From Glycera tridactyla (lineage: Eukaryota), in the NCBI GenBank assembly GCA_965644265.1, contig OZ286477.1:27156001-27220000 (forward strand): 64,000 nt of DNA. Reading direction: 5' to 3'. This document shows positions 38,216-51,210 of the stretch, one piece after another. Each line of letters begins with the position of its first letter. The first letter of the stretch is position 1. The notes under the pieces were generated by a model that saw nothing but the letters and a program-made list of their open reading frames with translations, was not told the origin of the DNA and made no database searches. Made by a program: the position numbers and the translations under genes.

Positions 38216-39419
38216 GAGAACGTGGGTAACTGTCTAACTTGTCAAAAGGAAGCTCCCCACTGTCTGACTGAATCTACCACCTGACACACGTAATGAATAC
38301 AAGTCAGTTAAAAGTGTGTTCAGATGTCAGACATTAGGAAGTTAAAATTGTCCGAAAATGAGCATATCGATGCCGGTACAATCGTCCACCGTTGACCAAA
38401 ACTGGTCAGATGGGAGCACATGGGATTAATTATTCCCTTTCCGTTCACTATGTAGCACAGCTAATTCCCGGAAAATTTTTCGAAAAAAAAAACGCATTGC
38501 TGTGGTAGCAATCCTCAAGTTTAATGTACTATTTGTAAAGTAATAGTATGAGAGGACAGTCTTGAGGAATCAAATCATCCCGTACAATGCTAATATTGGC
38601 AAAATACGGTTCATATTTCCTCTTTATAGTTTTCCTATTTCACCAGATAATGGTCACTCTGTATCGTACATGACACAATACCATGCCATGTTAGCCATAG
38701 ATGCCTGAATGTATGTGAGTCATTTCATTCCTTCTACTGCCACCGTGTTGGACTTCTGTAGAAGTGTGAATGAATGCTGGGTGTCGTGATGACGTGTGAG
38801 CAAATGTACTCCATGTCATGTATCACTGGCATACAGGAAATAAATCCCTGACCAAAGACACAAGAGAAATGAAACAAAATACCTGTGTATCCTAAACCTA
38901 GATATTGCTGGAATTCACAGACTTTGCTCCAGAAGCCAAACATCCATCTCGACTCTTGAGATGCAGTGTGATATAATGTGACGACAATGCAATGAGCACT
39001 GGAAGAGAAGATATTGGCACTAAATTGTTTGATCTCTGAAAAGAGGTCAAATGATATTAAAATCACCTATATAAAAATTGAAGAAACCACGAAAGAGCAT
39101 TTTGACAATTTGTGAATGCAGAAATGTTTTTGTAGAAGTTGGAATAAGGAAGATCTCGATATCTATTTCTGGAATTGATTGATATTTCAAGGACATTCCT
39201 GATTTTCATCTCAGAACAGTCACATTATGTGCTTCCCCTTCTCCTATTCCATCGGTCGAATGCTGCAGTGCAGAAGTAACACCTGTGGTCTTCAGTTGAA
39301 CTGTTCCAAATAATCCGATCAATCAATCAATCAATCAGTCACTATCATATATCACTCTTGTCCAATAGAAGCATAGATCTTTTGAATCAATGGTGTGATT
39401 CGACATTGTGTGATGGTTT

Positions 39420-39830
39420 TTCCTGATGGTAGGACTTCAATCATTATCAGAACAGACGTTGACCTGGACTGGAAAGAGTCAGTGGTCAAGGGGATTGATC
39501 CTGCCTCGTTTTGATCAATTCCAATTTGAATATAAATCAGGTGGAGATTCTGAGATTGATCTTTGCTCACCCAGCACCTCTCTGTGTGCACGTGTCAGCA
39601 AGCATTGCCACTCATATGGGACCAGGTATGATTCATCTGCTGGCTCAAGAAGATTCCTGGATTGAAGAGGATATGCTGTCATGCATGAATACTGGCGTTA
39701 AAGTGCATGAGTGGGTGACAATTCTGGATGCGACAAGCGGATCCAGTCTGAGGGATACAGACCAAGGGAGCGTAAAATACCACTCGTGAATACGAAATGC
39801 GCTCGGTTGCAAATCAGGAGTAATCAACAC
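39420..39830 (+). mobile_element. LINE RT relic, Rex1/Babar- or CR1-like
   Basis: DWKESVV, then ILPRFDQFQFEYKSGGDSEIDL (like LDP.QFAYR..RST.DAL), RYDSSAG (like F.DFSSAFN) and VHEWV, in RT order across frameshifts. Confidence 0.45.
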
Positions 39831-41819
39831 CCTGACTTGCTGGATTGGAGAGGGGATCCATTGAGATGGCTACTTCAATTTGCCTGGCCAATTGGGCCGA
39901 TAGGCATTGGGCGTGGCGAAAGGCCAGCTAAATCCAGCTGGCTCCTGCCACCTTCTGTTTAATTGCTTCAAACTGATCTGCAAAGCCACTAGCTGGTTGG
40001 CATTTATTGGAGAATTATCCCAGGTGCCCCCTTTTAATTTCACACCCTAATGTCATTCTGGCAACCAATCTCTTAAAGTGGCATTGAGAAATATGCGTCG
40101 CTCCCATTACCCGTATTCGATCCACTTCCTTTGCATTTGCCCAATATCCTACAGGAACCTAAGAGCTTGACTAAAAACCCTCCTGCCCATTGCACGAGAT
40201 GCTCTATTATGGGCCTACGAATACAAATAAAATACAATGATGCCAAATTTCTGATTGTCTAAATTGCAGATCTTTTGTCTGAAATAAATCTTAGGATGTT
40301 GCAGAGGCCGAACCTCAGGTTTCTAGGGACGAAGATTTGGATTTCGCACACCAAAATACTCAACATATTCCTACAAATAATGTCATGATCCCTTTCAAAA
40401 ATGAGCTTCCTCTTGAATTTTCTCATCAGTGCCTTGCATCCCTTCCATACCAATTTGAATACGATATCAATCAAATCATTCGACATCGTAAGAGCTGTCT
40501 GGAAACACTGAAGCCTATTTCTAGAAACACTGAAGCCTATTTCTATTACACAAAAAGACTGCCAATGGAAACCATCCACTTTTCTTTGCAGAAGTAAGGC
40601 ACAATTGGTACTGAGGTACCATGCATTGACGGCGGCATGCCAAAGAGTTGGCTATGACATATCGTAATATGCATGAAACTCCAAACTGGCTTCGATTCTC
40701 CTCATTCATTTTCATGCAATATCTCATCACGTATCAGATGAAAAATATAGGACATTCGTAGAAAAACAGCCCAATATTGTCAGCCAGTAATTTTTCTTCC
40801 ACATAGTCGACAATGATCGATGGACTTCAGCATTGAAATGAATTGCAGATTTATCACATAACGAGAATGAGCCATAAAAAGCTGGTCCTTACTGGTAGTT
40901 GCAAGGGCTATGGCTACTGTCTGAAGAGGCCTGTATGGAAGAATTGATACATACATTGACCTTATTCCTTTCTGGTAATTTTTGTTGAATATTTCAAGGA
41001 ACGTTTCACCAATCGACTTCGAATTGCTATTGGGAGTTGGTATGTTTTTCTCTCCATCATGAACAATACAAAGGTCATACTCCTGAATTTGACAGCTGCA
41101 ACCACCGAAGATGCCATAGTGCATGGAGCATATCATAGTTTTATGAGATCAAGCCCGAATATTGTGTGCTATGATCTCATCTGAAAACATGACACGTCTC
41201 AGAAAGCTATGGATCACCTCAATATTTCTACTCATATCTCTCTCCCCAAATTTTTAATTCTGACATTTTTCATAATACATATTGCTGACTATCTGTTGAA
41301 ATTTGCATCCGAGCGATTTGAATGTTAAAGAGATTTTGAAGATGATGGTGGGGGCAAAGATGTGAGCAGCCAGGCAAGCTGGAAATACTGACCTAAATTG
41401 AAACGTATGAGAATTTCAATGTTTCCAATTTTTTTCAAAATGATGTGATGAAGTTTTAGGAATAATCTTCACTTCAGATCCTCATGCTGAAGCTAGAATT
41501 GGTTCAGAGTTATTGGTTATGGTGCTGATATGATGATATAGGAGTATTTCTGGCAATTTTATCGCATTTCAGAAGATTTGCTCAGGTATAGCTGTACATC
41601 ATATGGGTCATATCCAACTGCATTCCTCATTCATATCATGGAAGCTAGGAGCTCATTGAAGCTTGGCTGACTTCTATAGTGACAGCCTTGCACCACGGAG
41701 AGTAATACATTCTCGCATGCCACATCTGTATTTTGGCCACGGACTTCGTTATCTAGTGGCGTTACATCCCTATTTTTGTCATTAGCTTCTTGTCTTTGAC
41801 GTGGCTACCAGTGAATTAA

Positions 41820-44800
41820 AACAAGTGTTCTACTGCCAGCCTATCCTGTCAGCAGCCGTACTGCTGTAAATGAGTGCACCCTTGTGAGCGCATGTTGTCT
41901 GCAGTCATGTTGTTGTAAGCAAGTGTTCCACTATCAGCCCAATACCGTTCTAGCTATTGCATCCATGTAAACAAGTATTACACTGTCATCCCATACTGTC
42001 AGCAATTGTGTTGCTGTGAACAAGAGTCCCATTATCAGCCCCATACTATCAGCACTTGTATTGCACTATCGGCCGATACTATCAGCATTCTTGTTGCTGT
42101 AAATGGATGCTCCCCTGCGAGTCTCTAGAGTCAGCAGTTGTGTTCCTGCAAACGAGACTTCCGATATCAGCCCCATACTGTCAGCAGTTGTGTTCCTGTG
42201 AACAAGTATTGAACTGTCAGTCCATATTGTCAGCATTCATAGTGCTGTAAATGTGTGCTCACTTGCAAGCCCATAAAGTCAGCAGTCGTAAACAAGAGTT
42301 CCACCATCAGCCCCATACTGTCAGCATTTGTGTTCCTGCGAACAAGTATTGAACTGTCAGTCCATTTTGTCAGCATTCATATTGCTGTAAATGTGTGCTC
42401 ACTTGAAAGCCCATATAGTCAGCAGTCGTAAGCAAGAGTTCCACTATCAGCCCCATACTGTCAGCAGTTGTTCCTGTGAGCTGTTCCTATCAGTCCATAC
42501 TTTCAGCATTTGTGTTGCTGTAAATGGGTGCTCACTTGCGAGCCCATATTGTCAGCAGTCGTAAACAAGAGTTCCAATATCAGCCCCTTACTATCAGCAG
42601 TTGTGTTCCTGTGAACAAGTATTGCACTGTCAGTCCATACTGTCAGCATTCGTGTTGCTGTAAATGGGTGCTCACTTACAAGCCCATATTGTCAGCAGTC
42701 GTAAACAAGAGTTCAAATATCAGCCCCTTACTATCAGCAGTTGTGTTCCTGTGAACAAGTATTGCACTGTCAGTCCATACTGTCAGCATTCGTGTTGCTG
42801 TACATGGGTGCTCACTTGCAAGCCCATATTGTCAGCAGTCGTAAGCAAGAGTTCCACTATCAGCCCAATACTGTCAGCAGTTGTGTTCCTGTGAACTGTT
42901 CCTATCAGTCCATACTTTCAGCATTCGTGTTGCTGTAAATGGGTGCTCACTCGCAAGCCCATATTGTCAGCAGTCGTAAACAAGAGTTCCAATATCAGCC
43001 TCTCACTATCAGTAGTTGTGTTCATGTGAACAAGTATTGCACTGTCAGTCCATACTGTCAGCATTCGTGTTGCTGTGAACAAGAGTCCCATTATCAGCCC
43101 CATACTATCAGCACTTGTATTGCACTATCGGCCGATACTATCAGCATTCTTGTTGCTGTAAATGGATGCTCCCCTGCGAGTCTCTAGAGTCAGCAGTTGT
43201 GTTCCTGCAAACGAGACTTCCGATATCAGCCCCATACTGTCAGCAGTTGTGTTCCTGTGAACAAGTATTGAACTGTCAGTCCATATTGTCAGCATTCATA
43301 GTGCTGTAAATGTGTGCTCACTTGCAAGCCCATAAAGTCAGCAGTCGTAAACAAGAGTTCCACCATCAGCCCCATACTGTCAGCATTTGTGTTCCTGCGA
43401 ACAAGTATTGAACTGTCAGTCCATTTTGTCAGCATTCATATTGCTGTAAATGTGTGCTCACTTGAAAGCCCATATAGTCAGCAGTCGTAAGCAAGAGTTC
43501 CACTATCAGCCCCATACTGTCAGCAGTTGTTCCTGTGAGCTGTTCCTATCAGTCCATACTTTCAGCATTTGTGTTGCTGTAAATGGGTGCTCACTTGCGA
43601 GCCCATATTGTCAGCAGTCGTAAACAAGAGTTCCAATATCAGCCCCTTACTATCAGCAGTTGTGTTCCTGTGAACAAGTATTGCACTGTCAGTCCATACT
43701 GTCAGCATTCGTGTTGCTGTAAATGGGTGCTCACCTACAAGCCCATATTGTCAGCAGTCGTAAACAAGAGTTCAAATATCAGCCCCTTACTATCAGCAGT
43801 TGTGTTCCTGTGAACAAGTATTGCACTGTCAGTCCATACTGTCAGCATTCGTGTTGCTGTACATGGGTGCTCACTTGCAAGCCCATATTGTCAGCAGTCG
43901 TAAGCAAGAGTTCCACTATCAGCCCAATACTGTCAGCAGTTGTGTTCCTGTGAACTGTTCCTATCAGTCCATACTTTCAGCATTCGTGTTGCTGTAAATG
44001 GGTGCTCACTTGCAAGCCCATATTGTCAGCAGTCGTAAACAAGAGTTCCAATATCAGCCTCTCACTATCAGTAGTTGTGTTCATGTGAACAAGTATTGCA
44101 CTGTCAGTCCATACTGTCAGCATTCGTGTTGCTGTAAATGGGTGCTCACTTGCAAGCCCATATTGTCAGCAGTCGTAAGCAAGAGTTCCACCATTAGCCC
44201 CATACTCTCAGCAGTTTTGTTCCTGAAATCGAGTATTATACTCTCAGACTAGTATGTCAGCATTCATATTATGGTGAATGGGTGCTTCCTTGAGAGCTAG
44301 TAGTCGTATCCCACTATCAGCCCCATACTGTCAGCAGTCGTGTTCCTGAAATCAAGTATTGTACTCTCAGACTAGTATGTCAGCATTCATATTATGGTGA
44401 ATGGGTGCTACCTTGAGAGCTAGTAGACGTGTCCCACTATCAGCTTCATACTGTTAGCAGTGGTATTCCTGTAAACAAGTATCGCCATTTCAGCCCATAC
44501 TGTCAGCATTCGGGATGCTATAAATAGGAGATCGCATGAGAGCCCATAATTGTCAGCAGTTGTGTTCCTGTAAACGAGTGTTTCACTATCAGTTCTGTAA
44601 ACGATATTGTATTGTAAGACCATATGGCCAGTAGTATCGCTGTGAATAAATACTCCCCTCTGAGCGCATATTAGGAGCAGTTGTGAACTAGTGGTGTAAA
44701 TGAGCGTTCCCCTACCAATGCAGCAGTCTGAGTCATGTTGCTGTACACGAGTGTTCCAGTCCGAGCCAAAACCCTCCTCCTCTATGTTCTTGTGAACAAG

Positions 44801-45130
44801 AGATACACCGTCAACAATCGTGTTGCCGTGAATAAGTGTTGTGCGAGCCCATACTGCAACCCATACTGTCTCCAGCCATGTTGCTGTGAATAGGTTCTAC
44901 CCCCCCCCCCATGACTCAATACTGCCAGAATTTAGTTTACCGAGAATAACTATCATGCTGTCAGCAGTCATGTCCCCATGAAAAAATACTTTATAGTCGG
45001 CACATATTCCCAGCGGCTGTGAAGTGTTATTCTGTCCGCAGTCAAATTTGCTGAGAAAAAGTCTCACAATATCAACAGCATACTGTCAGCAGCTTTTTTC
45101 TCTGTGAAAGAGTGTCCCACGATGAACCCA
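41820..45130 (+). repeat. Hierarchical satellite: 42-49-bp monomers, 140-bp trimer and 1,059-bp higher-order duplication
   Basis: The core (C/T)CATA(C/T)TGTCAGCA recurs throughout. The 140-bp period is visible (42524/42664), and 42008-43076 is repeated at +1059. Units are degenerate at both edges. Confidence 0.97.
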
Positions 45131-45599
45131 TAATGGCTGGAATCATGTTCCTTTAGACACCTGTCCGAATCCTGAAGAGCCAGCTAACTCGAACCCCCAT
45201 GCAACTACCAACTTCTGCTTGTCCCAGAGATTGGTGGTCCATGTTCATATCAACCATGAAATATACACACTACCCATTTTCCTGATACAGCAGTTGTCCC
45301 GGATATGATGTCCTCTCCACTCCCTCAGCATCTTCACGTGATCTCCAACTGCTTCAAAGACCCACTATGCTCAGATTGAATTTCGAATCTGCAGGGAATA
45401 CCCATATCCATATTTTCTCATCTAGCAGTAAGGAAAAAAACAACTGAAAGTGACTTCAGTTTTGGCCACATTTTGATGAGATCTCCGCATAGGTTCCGCA
45501 AAAGCTTCTAATATTCTTGATCTCATCACGGTTCTGAAGTGATGAATATTCTTTGAACCAGAATTTCAAAAATCCTTGTGAGACATAGCTTCTTGAAAT

Positions 45600-45681
45600 T
45601 CATGATTTTCTTATCTGACCATTGCAATTGCTGCCATCAATACTTACAAAAATTGCATCATTACTGCAGTTGGCATCCCTG
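45600..45681 (+). mobile_element. MITE family A right end
   Basis: GACCATTGCAATTG...GTTGGCATCCCTG. Confidence 0.55.
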
Positions 45682-46207
45682 TTATTGTCAGCTTCTCATT
45701 AGGGGATAGCTGAGTCGGCCCCTCATCCTTGAAAAAATGGATGCAGCTTTGGGAGGGGAAAGCCATAGTAGACTGGCGATAATGCAGTTGCCAGTTTATT
45801 AGATATTCTCCACTGGTTGGGTGTTGGCAGTGTTGGCACCTGGTTTCGCATCAATATTGTATCCATCACACGTCTCCCAGTGATGGATAGCCTGCCCCAG
45901 CAGCACGTCATTCCCCACTCCTCCGCATTACCAAACCTAGTTAAACTTTACAACTAAACGCTTATCCAACTTGATCTATGGCAAGTTGCATGGAGACCGA
46001 GAGGGAGATGATACATTCATCTTTCCATCTCACTTATCTGACTCGGGTTTACTGTGCACTATGTGATCACCATAAATTCACGCTGCTGCAATATTTGTTG
46101 GCTTCATTTGGCAATGGCAATCAGTTGATCTCAGCTTCATTCCAATCTAGGACTCTTTGAGGACATACAATGCTTTAGAATCGCTGGTTACTTTCTCCGC
46201 ACTTCTT

Positions 46208-46345
46208 CAGAGATGCCAAACACCATGATTTTGATGTGATGACTACTCTTTTCAATTCTGATCCTCATGAAATTTTAACTAATGCAGAACAGACTTCGAT
46301 CATTGCTCCATTGCAAATGCTGACACCACTACTGTGAATCAACCG
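46208..46345 (+). mobile_element. MITE family A copy with eroded right end
   Basis: CAGAGATGCCAAACACCATGATTTTGATGTGATGACTACTC...CTCCATTGCAAATGCT. Confidence 0.6.
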
Positions 46346-46925
46346 CTATAATATCTTTATCCATCAGACGTTAGCACATCTGAGATCATTCTCTAAAGAT
46401 GAATTGAATTTTAACTCAAACATTCACATGTGATAATCAGGGAATGAACCACGTTTGTCACATAGTTTCTCCTATGTTGGATCCTTTCCTCGACAGCTAA
46501 GCTGCATGCATGAGGGACTGGATGTACGCCAAAGGATGAATGCAGTCTCGCTATTGATGCTGGGAGATGAAATATTGACATGGAATTCCATTTTAATATG
46601 CCTGAACATGGAACCGACTTCCAATCTGTCGCTTTCATATCATGTGGATCACATTCCATTTTTACAACCTATCAATCATCCAAGCGCCTCCAATTCTAAT
46701 GTATTCATCGGAGAATGTTCATCAATGCTGTCGCCAAGCATGTGGCTGATACCATCAATTAATTTTCAAGGATTTCGATCTGCGTACTAATTACTGACTC
46801 AGTGACGTCATTGATTGATGTTGTCACCAAAATATGGGGCATCGCAAATGTTGGCCTGATTCAATTGGGTATATGATGTTCATTGTCCTTGAAGGAGAGG
46901 AGGATACTCCTTTCAGTTTATAATA

Positions 46926-47114
46926 CAGAGATGCCAACTGCTATGATTTTGGAGTAGCAACTACCCTTTTTAGACCAAGATTCTCGCATTGAACTGGTAG
47001 TGCCACTCTGAGAAATCAGGACTTTTTAGATTATTGCATTGCCAATACTGGCGCTGCTACTGTTTTGTAATTGGCACTGCTACCACTTTTGGCCATCATA
47101 GGGTGGCATCTATG
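46926..47114 (+). mobile_element. MITE family A copy
   Basis: CAGAGATGCCAAC (46926) and GGTGGCATCTATG (47102-47114) form the TIR. Confidence 0.75.
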
Positions 47115-47578
47115 ATATATGTGATAGATCACTTATGCAATATTCCTTGAAATCTTACTGAAAAAATGTGCATTTCGTTCATTCAGTGAAAGATTCAATA
47201 TCAAGATTGTTGGAAACACATGCTCTGAGAAGCTCAGAATGCATGTAAGAGTATTTTGGGACCCCCGGTGTTATGGGTTGGGTCGATAATTTCAGATTTT
47301 TCCACCAAACCCCACTTTCATTCCTGTGTAAGATCCGAAGGATGTGATAACCTCAAACAAACAAAAGTGATATTAGTACGTTTGTGTTGAAACACTTTGG
47401 AAAGGTCTCTGATATGCTGAATATTGGTCTATCCCTTCGGCCCTACTCCCTGGGACACATTCCGATAAGGTACCAAAGTCAAATGGGGAGTCAAAAGGCA
47501 AGTCAAACAAGAATGGTGCAAATCTTTGCGCTAATTAGAATTTGGCAGGGTAGTCAGCACACACACCATCTGGACTAA

Positions 47579-47739
47579 CAGTGATGCCGATTTTCCGCAA
47601 ATTTTCGGAAATCCGAAAATTGGATAGAAATTTGAAATTGCAAAAAAAAGAGGATAGATACATTAGAGAGTATGAGGGGTTGCATGAGAAAATCCGACTA
47701 TATTTCCGAAAATTTAGCTTCATCTCATTGGCAACACTG
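47579..47739 (+). mobile_element. MITE family B copy with flanking direct repeat
   Basis: CAGTGATGCCG...TTGGCAACACTG, with GACTAA immediately on both sides (47573-47578 and 47740-47745). Confidence 0.85.
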
Positions 47740-48084
47740 GACTAAAGACTCTACTGCATATACATAACGACCCTCATACTGTTTGAGCGTCTATGCTATA
47801 AGCTCTCTGCTTACTCAGGAAGTGGGCCTTTGCTTGGTGACGGAGAGTTGTTTCACAGGCACCTGTCGTCTCCTATCAGGTAGCCATGAATGACAGATGG
47901 CCTATCCAATGCTGGTAAACAGCCACTGATCTCTGATCGGCTTTACAACCTAGCGAAGATTACACTCCGGAGACGAGAAATCTGCCCAATAAATCACATC
48001 CACCGCTTTTGATTCATGACCAAAACTTTTTTGTTCTGACCTTCGCGTAATATCCACTGTAGTTGTGACATAATTTTCTTCGAT

Positions 48085-48550
48085 NNNNNNNNNNNNNNNN
48101 NNNNNNNNNNNNNNNNNNNNNNNNNNNNNNNNNNNNNNNNNNNNNNNNNNNNNNNNNNNNNNNNNNNNNNNNNNNNNNNNNNNNNNNNNNNNNNNNNNNN
48201 NNNNNNNNNNNNNNNNNNNNNNNNNNNNNNNNNNNNNNNNNNNNNNNNNNNNNNNNNNNNNNNNNNNNNNNNNNNNNNNNNNNNNNNNNNNNNNNNNNNN
48301 NNNNNNNNNNNNNNNNNNNNNNNNNNNNNNNNNNNNNNNNNNNNNNNNNNNNNNNNNNNNNNNNNNNNNNNNNNNNNNNNNNNNNNNNNNNNNNNNNNNN
48401 NNNNNNNNNNNNNNNNNNNNNNNNNNNNNNNNNNNNNNNNNATCATGATGATGATCGTGATGATGACGGTGAGAATGATGGTGATGACCATGGTGATGAT
48501 CATGATGATGATCCCGATGGTGATCACTATGGTGATCACGATCATGATGA
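48085..48550 (+). repeat. Gap (48085-48441) followed by (ATG/TGA)n microsatellite
   Basis: Directly visible. It explains the His-rich and Met-rich ORFs. Confidence 0.95.
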
Positions 48551-49104
48551 TTTCTCTTCCTCTCTCTCTCATTCTTTCTATTTCTCATACATATACAAAC
48601 ATTCAAACACACATTGATTATAGATATCTATTAAAGGAACATAAAAACAACAACACACGAATAATAGTTGGGAACCATGATACCAAAACGTCCATAAGTC
48701 CACATCTCCCCTAAGTTGGCAATCCTAGTGAGAGTGAGCGCTTGTCATTCCAACTAAATCACAGCCTGCTGAAATATATTGCAGTAATTGGATGTTGGCT
48801 AGGCTACTACTAGAGTCAGATTGGGTGACCGGAGCGAGCATCATGTCCCAAGCACCACTATAGTCACATGATTTATATCATTAATCTGGCAGGTCGTGCA
48901 TCATAATATGCTCACGTGATAGTTGAGCAGGGCGCCATTTCATGCCGGATATCGGGCCCTAGTCATGTGATCAATCATAGCCATCCAATATCTACTCAAT
49001 CTTTCGTAGAAGTTCTCAACTCCTGCAAGCCTCATAGGCTTCATCTTGAGAGAATATATCGCTATCTGAAGTTGCCAAAGCTCTGTTTAGGCCATTAACA
49101 GTAC

Positions 49105-49500
49105 NNNNNNNNNNNNNNNNNNNNNNNNNNNNNNNNNNNNNNNNNNNNNNNNNNNNNNNNNNNNNNNNNNNNNNNNNNNNNNNNNNNNNNNNNNNNNNNN
49201 NNNNNNNNNNNNNNNNNNNNNNNNNNNNNNNNNNNNNNNNNNNNNNNNNNNNNNNNNNNNNNNNNNNNNNNNNNNNNNNNNNNNNNNNNNNNNNNCATGC
49301 ACCAACACATGCGTGCATGCATCAGTCTATCCATCCAACCACCCATCCATCCAACCATCCAACCATATATCCATCCACCCATTCATTCAATGATTCATCT
49401 GTCTATCCATCAATCCATTGACATACTCAATCATGCTCCTATCCACCTATCCATACATCCATCCAGCCATCCATTCATCCATTCGACCATCCACCCACCT
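49105..49500 (+). repeat. Gap (49105-49295) followed by (TCCA)n microsatellite
   Basis: Directly visible. Confidence 0.95.
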
Positions 49501-50681
49501 AACAATTCATCTATTAATTCGTCAACACAGGTAGCCAATTGTCCAAAGGCATCTAGCATTGTCCAGAACCCTTCTAATCCTGCCTAGATTTGTGAGTTAT
49601 AAAACATCAAACAATCAATCAACTACCGTCAATGCAAACACTCTGACCACAGAAATACCCCACTGGCACCACCAACAGCACTACCAACAGCATCACCATC
49701 ACCACAAACTAGAGCCACCACCACCACAACCTTGAGCACAGATTGCATTTGTGATGGCCTCATCCAGTGGTATTCAGATGAGACTTGCCATCTATATCAA
49801 CCAAGTAGCTGGATCAGCATAATCATCAGCATCACTGGATTTGCGGCTCCCATCACACCTGATGCACCGTAATCCATCATCGGCCAATGTCCATTAGAAC
49901 ACGAGCTCAAGGCAGCATCTAGGACACTGGGCCAATTGACACACGAATGACAAAAGTGATCTGGATGCATTCACGCAGATTCTGAAGTGAGCAGAATCAT
50001 TACACGCAAAGTCCATATTTCGATCGTATATACATATACCAAGGTGCAGTATGTAGGAGGAAGGGGTCAGTCAACCTGACACATGCAGATACAAGGTGCC
50101 GTATGTAGAAATATGAGAGTAGCGCTAATTGACACATATAGATATGTACATGTAAAAGTGAGGAGTCAGGCAAAATGACCCATGCAGGTACAAGGTGCAG
50201 TTTGTAGGAGAACGAAAGTAGCGCAATCTGCACATGCTGCTCCAAGAGGCAGCATCTAGGAAGAGTGGAAAAGGCCAGGTGACACTAGTACAAGCCATAA
50301 GTTCCAGCAGCCCTGATGTCTCAATTTGCATTGGGTTCTTATAGTTTGACTCTTTTCTGCGAGAGATTGGCTCATGTATATCCAGCAAAATAACCAAACT
50401 GGCTCCTCATGTTGGACTGCTGTTCTGTTGATACTGTCGTCGTCCTCTCAACATTCAAGATTTTTATCGAACGCTGCCTTTCATGTGGAGGTCCGCCGGG
50501 ATGAGATATGAGTAGGACGCTTCAAAATGCGCTACTTAACTGAAGTAAACTCCCTGTGGACTTACGGTCTTCTGGGGTAACATGGGCATATGGCTGTGAA
50601 GATAAGAATAGACTCTCCTGGGGTTAGTTTTACTACGCAGCTACAACGTCGGCCAGAGACATGTCCAGGATGGACAACCAC

Positions 50682-51210
50682 GCCAACCATTATAATTGTG
50701 AAGTAATGATTACCCAACTATTCTCATTGGGTGGATGTCTGCAGAGATAGCAACCATTATAATTGTGAAGTAATGATTACCCAACTATTCTCATTGGGTG
50801 GATGTCTGCTGAGATGCCAACCATTATAATTGTGAAGTAATGATTACCCAACTACTCTCATTGGGTGGATGTCTGCAGAGATGCCAACAATTATAATTGT
50901 GAAGTAATGATTACCCAACTATTCTCATTGGGTGGATGTCTGCTGAGATGCCAACCATCATTGGGTGGATGTCTGCTGAGATGCCAACCATCATTGGGTG
51001 GATGTCTGCTGAGATGCCAACCATCATTGGGTGGATGTCTGCTGAGATGCCAACCATTATAATTGTGAAGTAATGATTACCCAACTATTCTCATTGGGTG
51101 GATGTCTGCAGAGATGCCAACCATTATAATTGTGAAGTATTGATTACTCTGATTGGGTGGATGGTTCTGCTGATATGCCAACTATTGTAATTGTGAAGTG
51201 ATGATTACAT
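50682..51210 (+). repeat. 67-bp/33-bp minisatellite made of MITE family A termini
   Basis: GCCAAC at 50682, about 50750, 50816, 50883, 50950 (67-bp units), then 50983, 51016, 51049 (33-bp units), 51116 and 51177. The unit contains CAGAGATGCCAACCATTATAATTGTGAAGTAATGATTAC. Confidence 0.95.

Noticed and set aside
40250-41150. Possible additional minus-strand LINE relic (LPYRPL, ENRSQFG), and similar hints at 29450-29850, 30420-30590, 46480-46790 and 49750-50480
   Set aside because: Only single, weak motif resemblances, too poor to list as features without a profile search.
42056-44252. Cys-rich ORFs (YCQHSCCCKW...) resembling metallothionein or keratin-associated peptides
   Set aside because: They are translations of the 140-bp satellite. 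The period is not a multiple of 3, the frames shift and stop every one or two units, and no continuous ORF exists.
21998-51210. CRISPR-like appearance of the 42-, 67- and 113-bp arrays
   Set aside because: The whole unit repeats and there are no unique spacers. The context is eukaryotic and there are no cas genes.
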